From contig OZ024743.1 in assembly GCA_964016885.1 (NCBI GenBank), positions 186,992,001 through 187,056,000 on the forward strand: DNA of 64,000 bases. The letters are read 5' to 3'. This document shows, in pieces, positions 1-12,443 of the stretch. The number at the start of each line of letters is the position of its first letter. Positions within the stretch are counted from its first letter, which is position 1. The notes beneath the pieces are model-generated. The model was given only the letters and a program-made list of their open reading frames with translations, had not been told where the DNA came from and did not search any database. The position numbers and the translations under genes were made by a program. Origin of the DNA: Eledone cirrhosa (lineage: Eukaryota).

Positions 1-1542
1 TACTGACCATTTTATTCTGTCTCTAGGGAGTTATATATGCAGCTTGTTAGACTATCTTTCAGTGTCAAAACCCTGTGTAAAGCAGTTAACTTTAAGCTAA
101 CATAGATTCAAAATTCACAATTGAAGAATTACTTTCTAATGTCTTTATAGATTTCATACACAATTTATAAACCAGACAGTAACAGTAATAAGTCTATGAT
201 AATCAAACAGTTCATTTATTTAGAATGATCATGTATTGCCTTATCAAAACAAGTAAAATAAATAAAAGTACAAGTACTTTAATACCTTGGGACATTTCTA
301 ACCATCTCATTATACATGTGGTATCTATTTAACTCACTATGAAAAATGAATGGCAAGAATTGCTTGCTTGCTGTGGTAAATAGCTATTTCCAGATAAAAT
401 CATCTTAATGTTTTAAACCATCATATAGGAAGGGCATCCAGCTGTAGAAATCAAGCCAGAATCAGTTCCCGTCCCACCTTTGTAAGCAGGGAAAAAGCGG
501 ACGTAAAATGAAATGATGATGAAATGATGATATATGCTAACATAAAAAAATGTAAAATTGTCCAAAGAAAATTATTTCAAGGATTAAACTGAAACTACTA
601 GATTGTAATTGGAAACTTAAAAGTCTAAAAACATTATGTGTGGAAGAGATTAGGGAAGTATATACCATCATATTATGAATTAAAGCAATGCTATAAAATG
701 AACTTATGTGATTGACAGAGATAGTGAATACAAAAACAAAGAAGGAAAACTATGCAGAATTTAAGAGTTGTAAAGGAGAACTTAGAACTGGCATGCTAAA
801 AGATATTAAGTTACAAGAATTACAAATCATGGAGACTGAAAATACATTTTATCATTTGAATGACCACTAGCAGTATTTAACATTGATGAGAGAATATAAT
901 TAGACTTATTTCAGAAAAAAAGCAAAGCTAGACTGAAATCTTAACTTGTCAGATTTGTAATATTGCCTCATTGTTTTACTTACATTCTGTTGTGGGATTG
1001 TCTATAATGAAAGATTCATTGGATTGTATATGCATTTTAAAAATGTATTTGATCTTTGTATTAGTTTTACTCACTAAACTTTCTGCACTGTCTTATGTCA
1101 TATACTTCACAATTCAATTTAATTCTCTTTTTGCATTCAAATACAAGGAAAAGTATTAAGTTGAATAAAAGAGATGGATATTTGTGCTTCAACAAAAATA
1201 TATTTTTAGATGACAGCTTTCTTTTTTAATGAAGCTACTATAAATTATTGTTTTATCTAAGGAATATAGAAATATAAGAGATTCTCGTATAATATAATCA
1301 GTTGTTGCTACCAAGACACTGCATCCTTTAAAACCTCCATGCTTTCTGAAATTCGCCAACACTACACCTGATATCCCCCCTCCATACACATGTATACACA
1401 TGTATATCATGATGCATATACTGTTCACTTTCCTGACATTTGTACATTTTTCTATGTACTATGCATGCATCTTTGATGAGTTGTAGTGCAGCTGAGCACT
1501 GAACACGATAATTTCATTACTATTATTATTATTATTATTATA

Positions 1543-1914
1543 GAGCGGTGGATTGGCAGTATCGGTAGAGAGTCGGACACCATGCTTTGCAGCATAGTTA
1601 CGGCCCTTTACGGTCTGAGTTCAAATCCCGCCAAGGGATCGCTAAAATAAAGTACCAGTAATGTACTGGGATAATTGCTGGCCTTGTGCCCAAAGTAGAA
1701 ACAATTATTATTATTATTATAGAACCATGGCAGTATCGGTAAAGGGTCGGATGCCATGCTTTGATGCATAGAGTTACGGCCCTTGCCATTCTGAGTTCAA
1801 ATCCCGCCGAGGTTAACTTTGCCTTTCATCCTTACGGGGTCGATAAAATAAAGTACCAGTAATACACTGGGTAATTGCTGGCCTTGTGCCAAAAGTAGAA
1901 ACAATTATTATTAT
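1543..1914 (+). mobile_element. Two tandem copies of tRNA-derived SINE family A
   Basis: A-box TGGCAGTATCGG, B-box GAGTTCAAATCC, central GCCTTTCATCCTTACGGGGTCGATAAAATAAAGTACCAG (deleted in part in the first copy), tail AGAAACAATTATTATT; many paralogs in the window. Confidence 0.85.
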
Positions 1915-2711
1915 AGAACCATGAAGAACCATATAGTGGTATTAAATATGGCAGTGAGCATGGACGTTTGATAACATGATTGGGAGTATCAATTTGCAGC
2001 TATCTTACCAAAAATTAAATATCTTAACCTCATAGATTCCTTGTGATACACAAACTATGTCATATAAAAATATTGCCAATTTAAAATGAGACAGATTGAA
2101 AATACTATTATTTCTTTGAAAGTTAATAGAATTGAAAATACTGATTGTTTAAGTAGAATTCTTGATGTGGTTGAAGACATAACTGCAAGAACTAACTAGG
2201 GGTAGAGTTTATGACTAAACAGGTGTTGGTGGCAGGCACTGCTTATGGATTAAGTAATGTCATTTATCTTATTATTATTGGTAGAGTATATGATTTGAAT
2301 TGTTTTTCATAAGAAATAAAAATTCTTTTCCCATTTCTGCAAACCTGACAAAAACAGCTGCGATAGTAAAACCAACCATCACAATAGCCAAGCTAAACAC
2401 ACTCTCAGAATAAATTCTCCTGCTCATAACTGGCGACAGCTTTCTATCTTAGACCCAGAAAAAAAGAAGTACAATACAAATTAAAAAAAGAGAGAAGGAA
2501 ATGGCTTTCAGACAAATGCACACTATCTTTCACCATTAAGTCTGCTATTCGTATTGATAAATAGAATAATATTGAGCTATAAATTATTTTTTATTGGGTC
2601 ACTAACAACTAAACATGCTCACAGCAAAGATTTTTTAAAGTTACCACTTCTTACTATTCTACGTTATTTTCTTATGATGGTATATTAGTATTATCTATCT
2701 ATTCTGAAGGA

Positions 2712-3029
2712 TTATATATATATATATAGTTATAAGCATATGTATGCATACATATACATATATATACAGTTATATGCATATAACTATATATATATATATA
2801 GTTATATGCATATATATATGCATATAACTATATATATATATATAGTTATATGCATATATATGCATACATATACATATATATGCATTCATATTCATATATA
2901 TGCATTCATATTCATATATATGCATTCATATTCATATATATGCATTCATATTCATATATATGCATTCGTATTCATATATATGCATTCGTATTCATATATA
3001 TGCATTCGTATTCATATATATATGCATTC

Positions 3030-3068
<39 letters not shown>
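2712..3068. repeat. (TA)n microsatellite with embedded 20-bp minisatellite
   Basis: Tandem ATATGCATTC(A/G)TATTCATAT units, then (TA)n. Confidence 0.9.
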
Positions 3069-3069
<1 letters not shown>

Positions 3070-3446
3070 TTTTATTTTCCCTTGAGTGCTGGTAATAGGA
3101 ATGTCAATAATTCAACTAGAATTGTATTTCTGAATAAATGTGCATCTGCAAATGCATTTATGTGCCTGCATGCAAATTATGAGTGGATTTGGAAATTATC
3201 TGAAAAAAAAACCCACCTAAAGAGAACAGATTTTTTCTCAATTATGTTCTTTTACATATATTTATGCTTTCTGCAGTGTGTAATGAGAAAATGATTTAAC
3301 AATAGCATGACATTTATTAGACTATGCTTAAATTAAAATGACATCAACATGTAATGTAGTCATGATTTTGATGACTGTAGAATGATAGAATCTCATGTGT
3401 CCATACATATATACCACCTACAGGTACAATAATAATTATAATAATA

Positions 3447-4010
3447 ATTGTTTCTACTTTAGGGACAAGGCCAGCAATTTGAAGGGAAGAGGAAAGTCGA
3501 TTAAATTGACCCAATGTATTACTGGGGCTTTATTTCATCGACCCTGTAAGGATGAAAGGCAAAGCTAACCTCTACAGAATTTGAACTCAACATTATGCCA
3601 CAAAACATATTGTCTGATGCTTTACTAATACTGCCAATCCCCTGCCCTCAGTACATTTCTAACATTAACACAAGGCCATCAATTTGAAGGATTTTTAATT
3701 TACTTTATTGAACCATGGAGAATAAAAGCTAAAGTTGACTTTGGAAGAATTTAAACTCAGAGCATAAAGGGCTGTAAATGCCAATCCACCCCCTTAATAA
3801 TAATTGTTTCTACCTTAGGTACTAGGCCAGCAATTTGAAAGGGAGGGGAAAGTCAATTAAATCGATCACAGTGCTTACTGGTACTTTATTTTATCAATGA
3901 AAGGCAAAGCTAACCTCGGTTGGATTTTTACTCATAACGTATATGGCCATAACTCAACGCCACAAAGAATGTTGGTCAGCATTTTACCGATACTGCCACT
4001 CTACCCCGCT
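3447..4010 (-). mobile_element. Cluster of about three diverged SINE family A copies
   Basis: Reverse complement of the family A body (GATGAAAGGCAAAGCTAACCTC, TTTGAACTC, ATACTGCCA). Confidence 0.75.
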
Positions 4011-4521
4011 TAATAATAATAGTAACAACTGATTCAAGTGTCTGAGGAAACACATATATATATATATATACAGATATACTAACATGCACACACATGCGCA
4101 CACACACACAAATTCAGTTACACAAGAAATATATTCAGAGTGTGTTACCAACACATGTTCATACTGTTTCTATGTTTGAAATTCTAGCACTATTCCTGAA
4201 CATAGATTAATGCACTTTGTTTCTGAAATTGATGATTGAGTAACCTCTGTTAAACACAATCTATTACAGTACCTACAGACTTATGCCACACCAATGATAT
4301 AAACAGATGTTTAAATTATGTATGCAGGTGCATTGATTTATATATACATTTTGTGTAGAAGTTAACATCTTTATATATATATACATATATATATTATATA
4401 TATACATATACATACATGAGTGTGCGTGTGTTTTGAACAATAAAAATAAGATAAAAGACAAAGATAGGTACTTAATATATATATATATATAAGATCAAAA
4501 GATGGTTAAAAGAGTTCTAAG

Positions 4522-4592
4522 TATTTTATTATGCGCATTTCAAAAACAAATATCATCATGCGATGATATTTGCGTTCTCATCAGATAAAATA
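4522..4592 (-). ncRNA. Minimal type I hammerhead ribozyme (antisense arm copy)
   Basis: Reverse complement reads TATTTTAT-CTGATGA-stem II-GAAA-TGCGCA-TA-ATAAAATA. Confidence 0.8.
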
Positions 4593-4740
4593 GGGAAACA
4601 TGATATGAAGCTTAAAAAACACTTGTGAGCAGTGAAGTTTTAAATCAACATATATGAAGTTTTAAATCAACATATCAAGATATGTTGATTTAAAACTTCA
4701 CTGCTCGCAAGGGTTTTTTAAGCTTCATATCATGTTTCCC

Positions 4741-4811
4741 TATTTTATCTGATGAGAACGCAAATATCATCCCATGATAATATTTGTTTTTGAAATGCGC
4801 ATAATAAAATA
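4741..4811 (+). ncRNA. Minimal type I hammerhead ribozyme
   Basis: Stem I TATTTTAT/ATAAAATA; CTGATGA 4749-4755; stem II CAAATAT..ATATTTG; GAAA 4792-4795; palindromic TGCGCA stem III; AUA cleavage triplet. Confidence 0.85.
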
Positions 4812-4929
4812 CCTGGAACTCTTTTAACCATCTTTTGATCTTATATTATTTATACTCCAGTCCTATAAACTGTGGAGTGCTACTTATCCGATATTTGCAT
4901 TGCTTTATTGTTGCTACAATAAAACTCAC

Positions 4930-4998
<69 letters not shown>

Positions 4999-5320
4999 TA
5001 TATGACCAAAGATTCTCTACCTAACATTGAAATCATGGTTGTCTTCAACTCAGAAGGATGAACAATGACAACATATACACATATGTTTATATATATTCAT
5101 ATATATATATATATAATAATAAGTTGACAGAGACTTGCATGGGTTTCACTGTTAGTGTCGGTTTCATCTCAGCATACTCAATAGGTAATGTTAAGTAAAG
5201 ACACGTAAATGGGTACCTTCAATCTCTATATACATATATATGTGAAAAGTAAACAGAAACAGCTAAGCAAGCAATACAATACAATAAAGAAATTAATTTT
5301 AGACTTCATATAGTAGGAAA

Positions 5321-5362
5321 ACAGTCTTTATGTTTTGGACTCTAGTCCTTAATCAGAATGAG
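5321..5362 (-). ncRNA. Decayed minimal hammerhead in a dispersed repeat (paralog near 61490-61700)
   Basis: CTGATTA-A-GGAC-TAGA-GTCC-AAAA-CAT; core altered, partly consistent with CpG decay of CCGAAACGT. Confidence 0.5.
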
Positions 5363-6331
5363 AAATAAAAGATGAAATAGAATGAGAAACAGTGAGAATA
5401 GGAGGGAGCAGAAAAAATATTTTGAGGAAAAACACGTGTGTATTCAGTCAGTCATTACATAAGTAAAATGATTTAATGATTTAATTATTTTACTTTTATT
5501 AACATCATTTCCCATATATAGTAGCTGGAAATCATTCGGCTATTCTAAAAAGAATATTACTCTCCTGATTTTTTCAGAGCAAAAGTATTTGTTTCCATAG
5601 CAAGAATTTGTTCTTTTCACTCTACATAATGACATAATTATCTTTCCATATATTTCGCCCATCTCAAGAGAATGTTTTCATGTATCGCTGTTATGGCTTC
5701 CTGTTTTCTAAAGGCAATATTAGGTCATAACATTTTTTGAAATATTTACTTCTGCATTGACAGATTAATTTTTCCCAGTTTCAGAAGATCCCATTTAGGG
5801 TGAAAGCATAAATTCTTTGCTTAAAATTTAATCTGTACTAATAACAAATATTTGCTCAATGGGTTTATATATACATATAAGTAATCCTTATTGAGCTTTC
5901 TTGGGATGTATAAATGTATATATATATATATATATATAAGTTTGTATATGCACATATACAAACTGGTGAAATTTCATTGAAACACATTGCAGGGGTTTCA
6001 AAAGTTTTGCAAATAAAGTGCAGACACACATCCACACATATACATACAATAACATTCAAGTGAAATTTGAAATAAAGAAGATAGTGAACTGGTATTTTAA
6101 GAAATCATGGTGTTATATTCCTTATAATAAGATGAGATACTTAAACCTTGTAGTTGTCATAGATGACACGGTGCATGAGTGTACTGCATCATTTGCTTCA
6201 ACAGAATTGATAAATAGTTGTCTGTGAGTGCTGATCTTGGTGTCTGATGATACTACATTTTGGTGTCTCCACTGCATATATATATGTGTGTGTGTGTATA
6301 TTATATATATACATATGTATGTATATTATGA

Positions 6332-6377
<46 letters not shown>

Positions 6378-6384
<7 letters not shown>

Positions 6385-6790
6385 TAAATGGAAACTATAT
6401 TTATAAAACCATAATTATTTTATTATATATATTTGAAGGGCAACCAGGGCAAATTTTGGTGCACTTTCATCAGATAAAATACAAAATTTGTTTTATAAAT
6501 GTTGACATACCCGCAGAAAAACAACCTTGACGGTTGGAGGTTCGCTGGATAAGTTCTGCGGGTATGTCAACATTTATAAAACAAATTTTGTATTTTATCT
6601 GATGAAAGTGCACCAAAATTTGCCTTGGTTGCCCTTGAAATATATATAATAAAATAATTATGGTTTTATAAATATAGTTTCCATTTAATTAATATATTGA
6701 ATATTTACTCCAGTTATCTGTTGAGTGCTTTATATCAGTTATAAAACTTTTAAGCTTGTTGAATCGCAACAAATTAAATATAACTTTTGC
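6378..6790 (+). mobile_element. Fold-back hammerhead element 2
   Basis: Inverted arms ~6378-6518 and 6554-6697, 35-nt spacer, ~93-nt tail with ACTCCAG..TTGAGTGCT, (TA)n flanks. Confidence 0.8.
6591..6656 (+). ncRNA. Minimal type I hammerhead ribozyme
   Basis: TATTTTAT-CTGATGA-AAGTGCACCAA..TTGGTTGCCCTT-GAAA-TATATA-TA-ATAAAATA; the antisense-arm copy 6416-6481 has GAAA changed to CAAA. Confidence 0.85.
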
Positions 6791-7397
6791 ATATATATAT
6801 ATATAAATACATGTATATATAATAGATGATTAAGTTTCAGAAAGCAGGTACAATGCACTAGAAATATGTGAAAATCTATGTGTGTGTGTTTGTGTGTGTT
6901 TGAGTGACTTCGCATGTCTTCCCATTTGACTCTGGCTAAATTGTGGAAATTTGTTTCCAACTCATACACAGTATATCCTGCAGCAAAGGTACAACATATA
7001 ATGATTAGTTGAATAATTGTGCTAAAAAATAATCTAATATTTGACCTCAGTAAGAACATTCAGACATAGAATGCTACCTGTCTTGTCTAACTTATGCCAG
7101 GATTTAAAAAAAACATTGCTGTATAAATGATTGTTAGTGTGTCAATGACAATGTATATGTTTATATATAAATGCTATTAATCTTTATATTAATTTTTATT
7201 TTACACAAAGAGAAACCCACACCGTATCCTCCTATATCATCTTTAATGTTTCCTTAATGTGAGCCCTGTGTGGTTAATAAAGAAATCATTAATCTTTATA
7301 TCAATTTAAGGACTAATCTATGTCTATAAATGTGAATTGTCTATGTGTGTTTGCAATCATTTAAATAGGAATTAGAAAATGAACACCCACAACACCA

Positions 7398-7589
7398 TGG
7401 TGGATTGACAGTATCGGTAGAGGGTCGGGCGCCATGCTTTGAAGCATAGAGTTACCTCCCTTTATGATCTGAGTTCAAATCCTGCTGAGGTTAACTTTGC
7501 CTTTCATCCTTACGGGGGGTCGATAAAATAAAGTACCAGTAATGCACTGGGTAATTGCTGGCCTTGTGCCAAAAGTAGAAACAATTATT
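7398..7589 (+). mobile_element. SINE family A
   Basis: A/B boxes, central domain, AGAAACAATTATT tail. Confidence 0.85.
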
Positions 7590-7720
7590 TGCCTTCCTAC
7601 AATGTAGGTATGGATAACATTTATGTAAATGAATGAAGCAGCAATTTATTAAAATAGGTTCTTTATGTTTCTACATCCTTATTAAAAATCTAACCACTTT
7701 GTTTTGCAATTATTTCTTTC

Positions 7721-7722
7721 TG

Positions 7723-7754
<32 letters not shown>

Positions 7755-7935
7755 AGAGAGAGAGATATGGGAGCAAGAGAGATAGAGAGAGAGAGAGAGA
7801 TGGGAGCAAGAGATAGAGATATAGAGAGAGAGATGGGAGCAAGAGAGAGAGCTGGGAGCAAGAGAGAGAGAAAGAGAGAGATGGGAGCAAGAGATATATA
7901 TATAGAGAGAGAGATGGGAGCAAGAGAGGGAGAGG
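7721..7935. repeat. (GA)n-based minisatellite
   Basis: Repeated ATGGGAGCAAGAGA units separated by GA/TA runs. Confidence 0.9.
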
Positions 7936-8587
7936 ATATGATACAAAGAGAAAGGGAGATGATTTGTAAAAGAATAAGAAAGAGAAAAACTGTGAGCAAG
8001 GGGATTAGCAAGGAATAGAGACACATGTCAAGAGACAGATAGAGGGTGGGGAAAGAAACTTAGGTATGGTAAAAATTGATACAAGTTTATTAAAAAAAGG
8101 CAGTATGAAAAGCCCATATATATGAAAACACACGCACTCGCATACACAGGGAACAATATAATGAGAAAGTGGGGAAGGCTGCAGAAATATTGACAGCGAG
8201 TGAATAACAGATCAGAGAGGAGAGCATAGAGCGTTATCTGATGCATCTTTTTCAGCTGATACCATATTAGAGAGTGTGTGTGCGTGTGTGTGTTTATTAA
8301 TACACAAACATACACAAATATATATACATATATATATAGTCATAGACACATAATCCCTCATGCATCTATAGACCCACAAACACATATATATATATATAAA
8401 CATTAGATTTTTAAATAAATATTTATATACATTTAAAGTGTATATATATATATACACATATATGAAACTATGTATGTTTGTGTGCATGTGATACACATAC
8501 CAAACATTCCCAAGTGTGCCTGCACACACACATTTGTATATATATATATATATACATATATATACATATATATACATATATATATAT

Positions 8588-9590
8588 ACACAAGGTTTGT
8601 CCCAAAAGTAAGAGTACTGATGTTTTATTTAGATGTACATGAAATTCCAAGTTCTCTCCTTCTAAATACGACACTTGGGAAGTCACACAGTGTTTTCTAT
8701 TGATTGTAGCAGTACTGGAAGTTATTTTCTGTGAATGTCCTTAACTCATCGGATACAATTTTTGTATGTTTTCCACAGTCCCAAAATCATGGCCTTTCAC
8801 CTATGATTTCAGCTCAGGGAAGGGGTAGAAATTACACAGATCTAGATCTGGGCTCTTGGGAGGATGTGGGAGAGTAGAAATGTTTTTCTTTGCTAAAAAT
8901 GTTCTAATTGAAAGTGTTGTGTCAGCAGGCACATTATCGTGGTGCATACCCAATCCACTGCAATGTCCTTTCAGACTCACTGGATCTATTTTTGAAGTTA
9001 TTCCAAGACATCTTTGTAGAAGGCACAACTAACTGTCTCTCCTGGAGGATAAAATCCTTTGTGAACCATACAATGACTGTCAAAAATATGATATTAATCG
9101 TTTTCACCCTGGATCTGTTCATACATGCTATTTTCAGATAAAAAATCTTTCATTTACCATTCCTCACTTTGTCTCTGGATCATACTCAAACAGATCATTC
9201 ATCTGTTATTACTTTATGCAAGAAATTTGGCTCAATTTCAAGTTTTCTAGCAAATCCTGATAACATTTTCTCAGCTCTCTTTGAAAGCTGCCACTTAAAA
9301 ATCTTCTCAATAACTTGTGTTAAAGAATTAAATGTTTCAATGAGAGATTTGTTGAGTTTCACATAAAATTTGATCACTTACAGTTGTTTGATATTTTCCT
9401 GCAAATGTAACAGAGGTCATAAACATGTCAGTACATAAACCTCAATAACTCACGAGTGACTCAATCGATAATGTTGAAACAATTATGTATGTATAGCTAA
9501 GGTCATAACCAACAAGGCTATATACATCAACGAGGTGATGCATTACAAGGTTGTACATAGGAAAATCAGTACTATATTAAACGGTATACA
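8588..9590 (-). mobile_element. Degenerate mariner DNA transposon
   Basis: LPHPPKSPDLDLCNFYPFPELK resembles the mariner YSPDLAPxDF motif; N-terminal IKFYVKLNKSLIETF; related terminus at 51033. Confidence 0.8.
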
Positions 9591-10177
9591 TGTATGTTTT
9601 TTAATTCACATTCAATAGTTGATTTCTGTTCCATTTTACTGGTTTCAGTTATTCACCTTGTCTGCAGTCATACTAAGGCAATGTCTTCAAGAGTTTTCTT
9701 CATCATGTCAATTTAAGTAATTATTTCAATTTATTACTTATTTATTGATCACTATTTGTTGTAAAAGCAAAAGCACAAACAGATACATGAATACATTATA
9801 TACATAGATATACTCACACATTTACATCACACTCATATGGAGATTGCCCTTAGTATTTTCCGAGAAATTATCCTTTGATTTAGATCTTTCCCAAGTAAAA
9901 TTGAATATTACTGCTAGTTGGACATTTAAAAAATAAAAAGAATGATTTGAACCACATATCTCTTGTTTGAGTTTACATTTTTTTGTTTCTCAAATTAGAA
10001 TTATGAATGTTTATTTTTTTTTATAACTGAATTTTTCAAAGTTCATCTTTTGTTTTGCTGATAGATCATTAGTCAGCTAACACTAGAATATTAGTAGAAA
10101 TCGTTATTCCTATAAATGTCCAGCTGAGAAAATTATCCCATCATCATATGATATTTGAAATGAGAATTAATCACAGA

Positions 10178-10356
10178 CATTTCTACTTTTGGCACAAGGC
10201 CAGCAATTACCCAGTGCATTACTGGTACTTTATTTTATTGACCCCGTAATGATGAAAGGCAAAGTTAACCTCGGCGGGATTTGAACTCAGAATGGCAAGG
10301 GCCGTAACTCTATACGTCAAAGCATGGTGTCCGACCCTCTACCGATACTGCCAATC
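10178..10356 (-). mobile_element. SINE family A
   Basis: Near-identical reverse complement of the 1727-1914 copy. Confidence 0.85.
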
Positions 10357-12212
10357 ATAATATTCATTAATTATAGTAAACACCTTACACCCATTACATT
10401 GGTCCATGAGTGATATATTGTATGTTTATATATGACTTTATACATATGTATACATGTACAAACTGATATGACTGGAGAGGAAAGCATCATTAATTTGCAT
10501 TGAAAATATGCAGCCTTAATATGTGCAATAAATGAAGTGAAAGCAAGCTTTGAACAGAAACAAATTATGAAGTAATACAACCTTGATGACTGGAGTATGG
10601 ATAAAAAATAAAATATTGTAGTGCATTAGTTTTGAATGAAATTCAAATCTAAGCTTGACTGAAAGAAGCCTGCAGTGTTCTACAATACTGGAGATTATTT
10701 CAATTCAGAATAAATGATCAAGTATTTGGCCACCTATTTAGGTATCTATTTTGCAGACATATGTCACTCACATCAGTTTGTTAAAAAGCAAGTATTGAAT
10801 TCAGTAATTGCTCTACCTTGCTACTTTTGTATTCTAGTAAATAAAAATTGACATAGACAGTCTAGTTGTCTGAATCTTGATTAAATCTGAAATTGTACAT
10901 GAAACCAAGAACATTTCTAATTTAATTAATTTCATTTGTGACTTTTACCACCACTATCTTTAAATGTTAGATTCTATTAATGTAAGAACACTCTTATTTT
11001 GATATATCATAGATGTACTCACATTTTGGTCTGCTTGTTTAAGCAGTTCTCTTACAGCTGTACCCTGTACCTTGACTTGGTCAGCATGGGTCGTAAGTCC
11101 TCAAAGAATGTAGAATTAAGTTCGAATTTTTAGGAAACTAATACAACTGCACAATTTTTCATTCATTGTCTACTGAATGCAATGACTGTGTGCTACTTTA
11201 TTAACTACTACATGACTCAAGCTAAAGGAGACTGTAAAAAGTTGCTGACCCTGCTAGAAAGAATAACAAAACCTACAATTCATACACTACCATCTTATAA
11301 TAAGGGATGTATTAGTTAATATCCTGAGTGCATAATGCCTTAGTAAATGACTGAATGCCTTTCATCATGTGCCAGATCAATCATGACTGATTTGGGGCTA
11401 AACAGTAATAACAGCACTGCATGACTATTCAAAATTCTTTCTGGTTGAGTGCATTTTAAAACATAAAGCTGAATTATTTCAGATTCCTTTTGACATTGTC
11501 AACTCAGCACTTTTTTTTTGGTATCTTTTATGATAGAAGCTGAGTACTCACATATGGAAGTTGGCTACCTCTCCATACTCATGAATGTAGATGACCAAAC
11601 TTGCACAAGCTTCTCTATATAACAGTTTCTTAGGTACCTAATAGACTAAAGTGGCATATATAAATAGTACATATATAAAAGTTGTAAGACGAATGAATGA
11701 GTTTTAGTTAAAAAACAGAATTCTTTTTATATCATTATTTAATATAAATTTCTCCCTTTTCTTTAGTTAGCCAAAATGAAGATGGAAATAAATTCACATG
11801 ATGAATAGTTATTTAATGAAGTACAATTCCTGGGATGGAATATATATATATTATGATACTATACAGAAAATCTATTACTTTGCTTTAAACACACACATAT
11901 ATATTGTTTTTACTATAGTGTGATATATTTTCCTGGTATTTTGTAAGAATACACTTTTGCCATCTATTTTGTAAATATATTTTTTAAAGCATATAGTTTG
12001 TTTCAAAGGCTTCCAATGATGACACTCAAAACTTGTTTGTTATTGAACCTGACAATTAAACACTTTTTAAATGACACAATAGTTTATACAATTACTTTTT
12101 CCTTTCATACACTGGGTTTTCAAGTACATGTGTAGTATACACCCACATCATTCTATAGAAGTTCAGGAAAGAATTTGGTTTAATAGGTTTCCCATTCAGC
12201 AACTGTTGTATC

Positions 12213-12267
<55 letters not shown>

Positions 12268-12351
12268 TAAGTAAGTAAGTAAGTAAGTAAATAAGTAAGT
12301 AAGTAAGTAAGTAAATAAGTAAGTAAATAAGTAAGTAAATAAGTAAGTAAA

Positions 12352-12433
<82 letters not shown>

Positions 12434-12443
12434 TGTATGTATG
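12213..12443. repeat. (AAGT)n/(AAAT) microsatellite grading into (GTAT)n
   Basis: Direct tandem repeat. Confidence 0.95.

Larger units (their letters stand above)
4487..4932 (+). mobile_element. Fold-back hammerhead element 1 (PLE pseudo-LTR/retrozyme-like)
   Basis: Inverted arms 4487-4676 and 4679-4846, a hammerhead in each arm, ~86-nt tail, (TA)n on both sides. Confidence 0.8.

Noticed and set aside
1470-1510. TTGATGAG hammerhead-like start
   Set aside because: No C3, no GAAA and no stem I; more likely a retroelement 3' end
2870-3030. Regular 20-bp repeats resembling a CRISPR array
   Set aside because: No unique spacers, no cas genes, eukaryotic context
2740-3294. ORFs rich in Y/I/H/M/C, here and at 60535-61614, 12092-12502, 7682-8026 and similar
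   Set aside because: Translations of stop-free microsatellites, not genes
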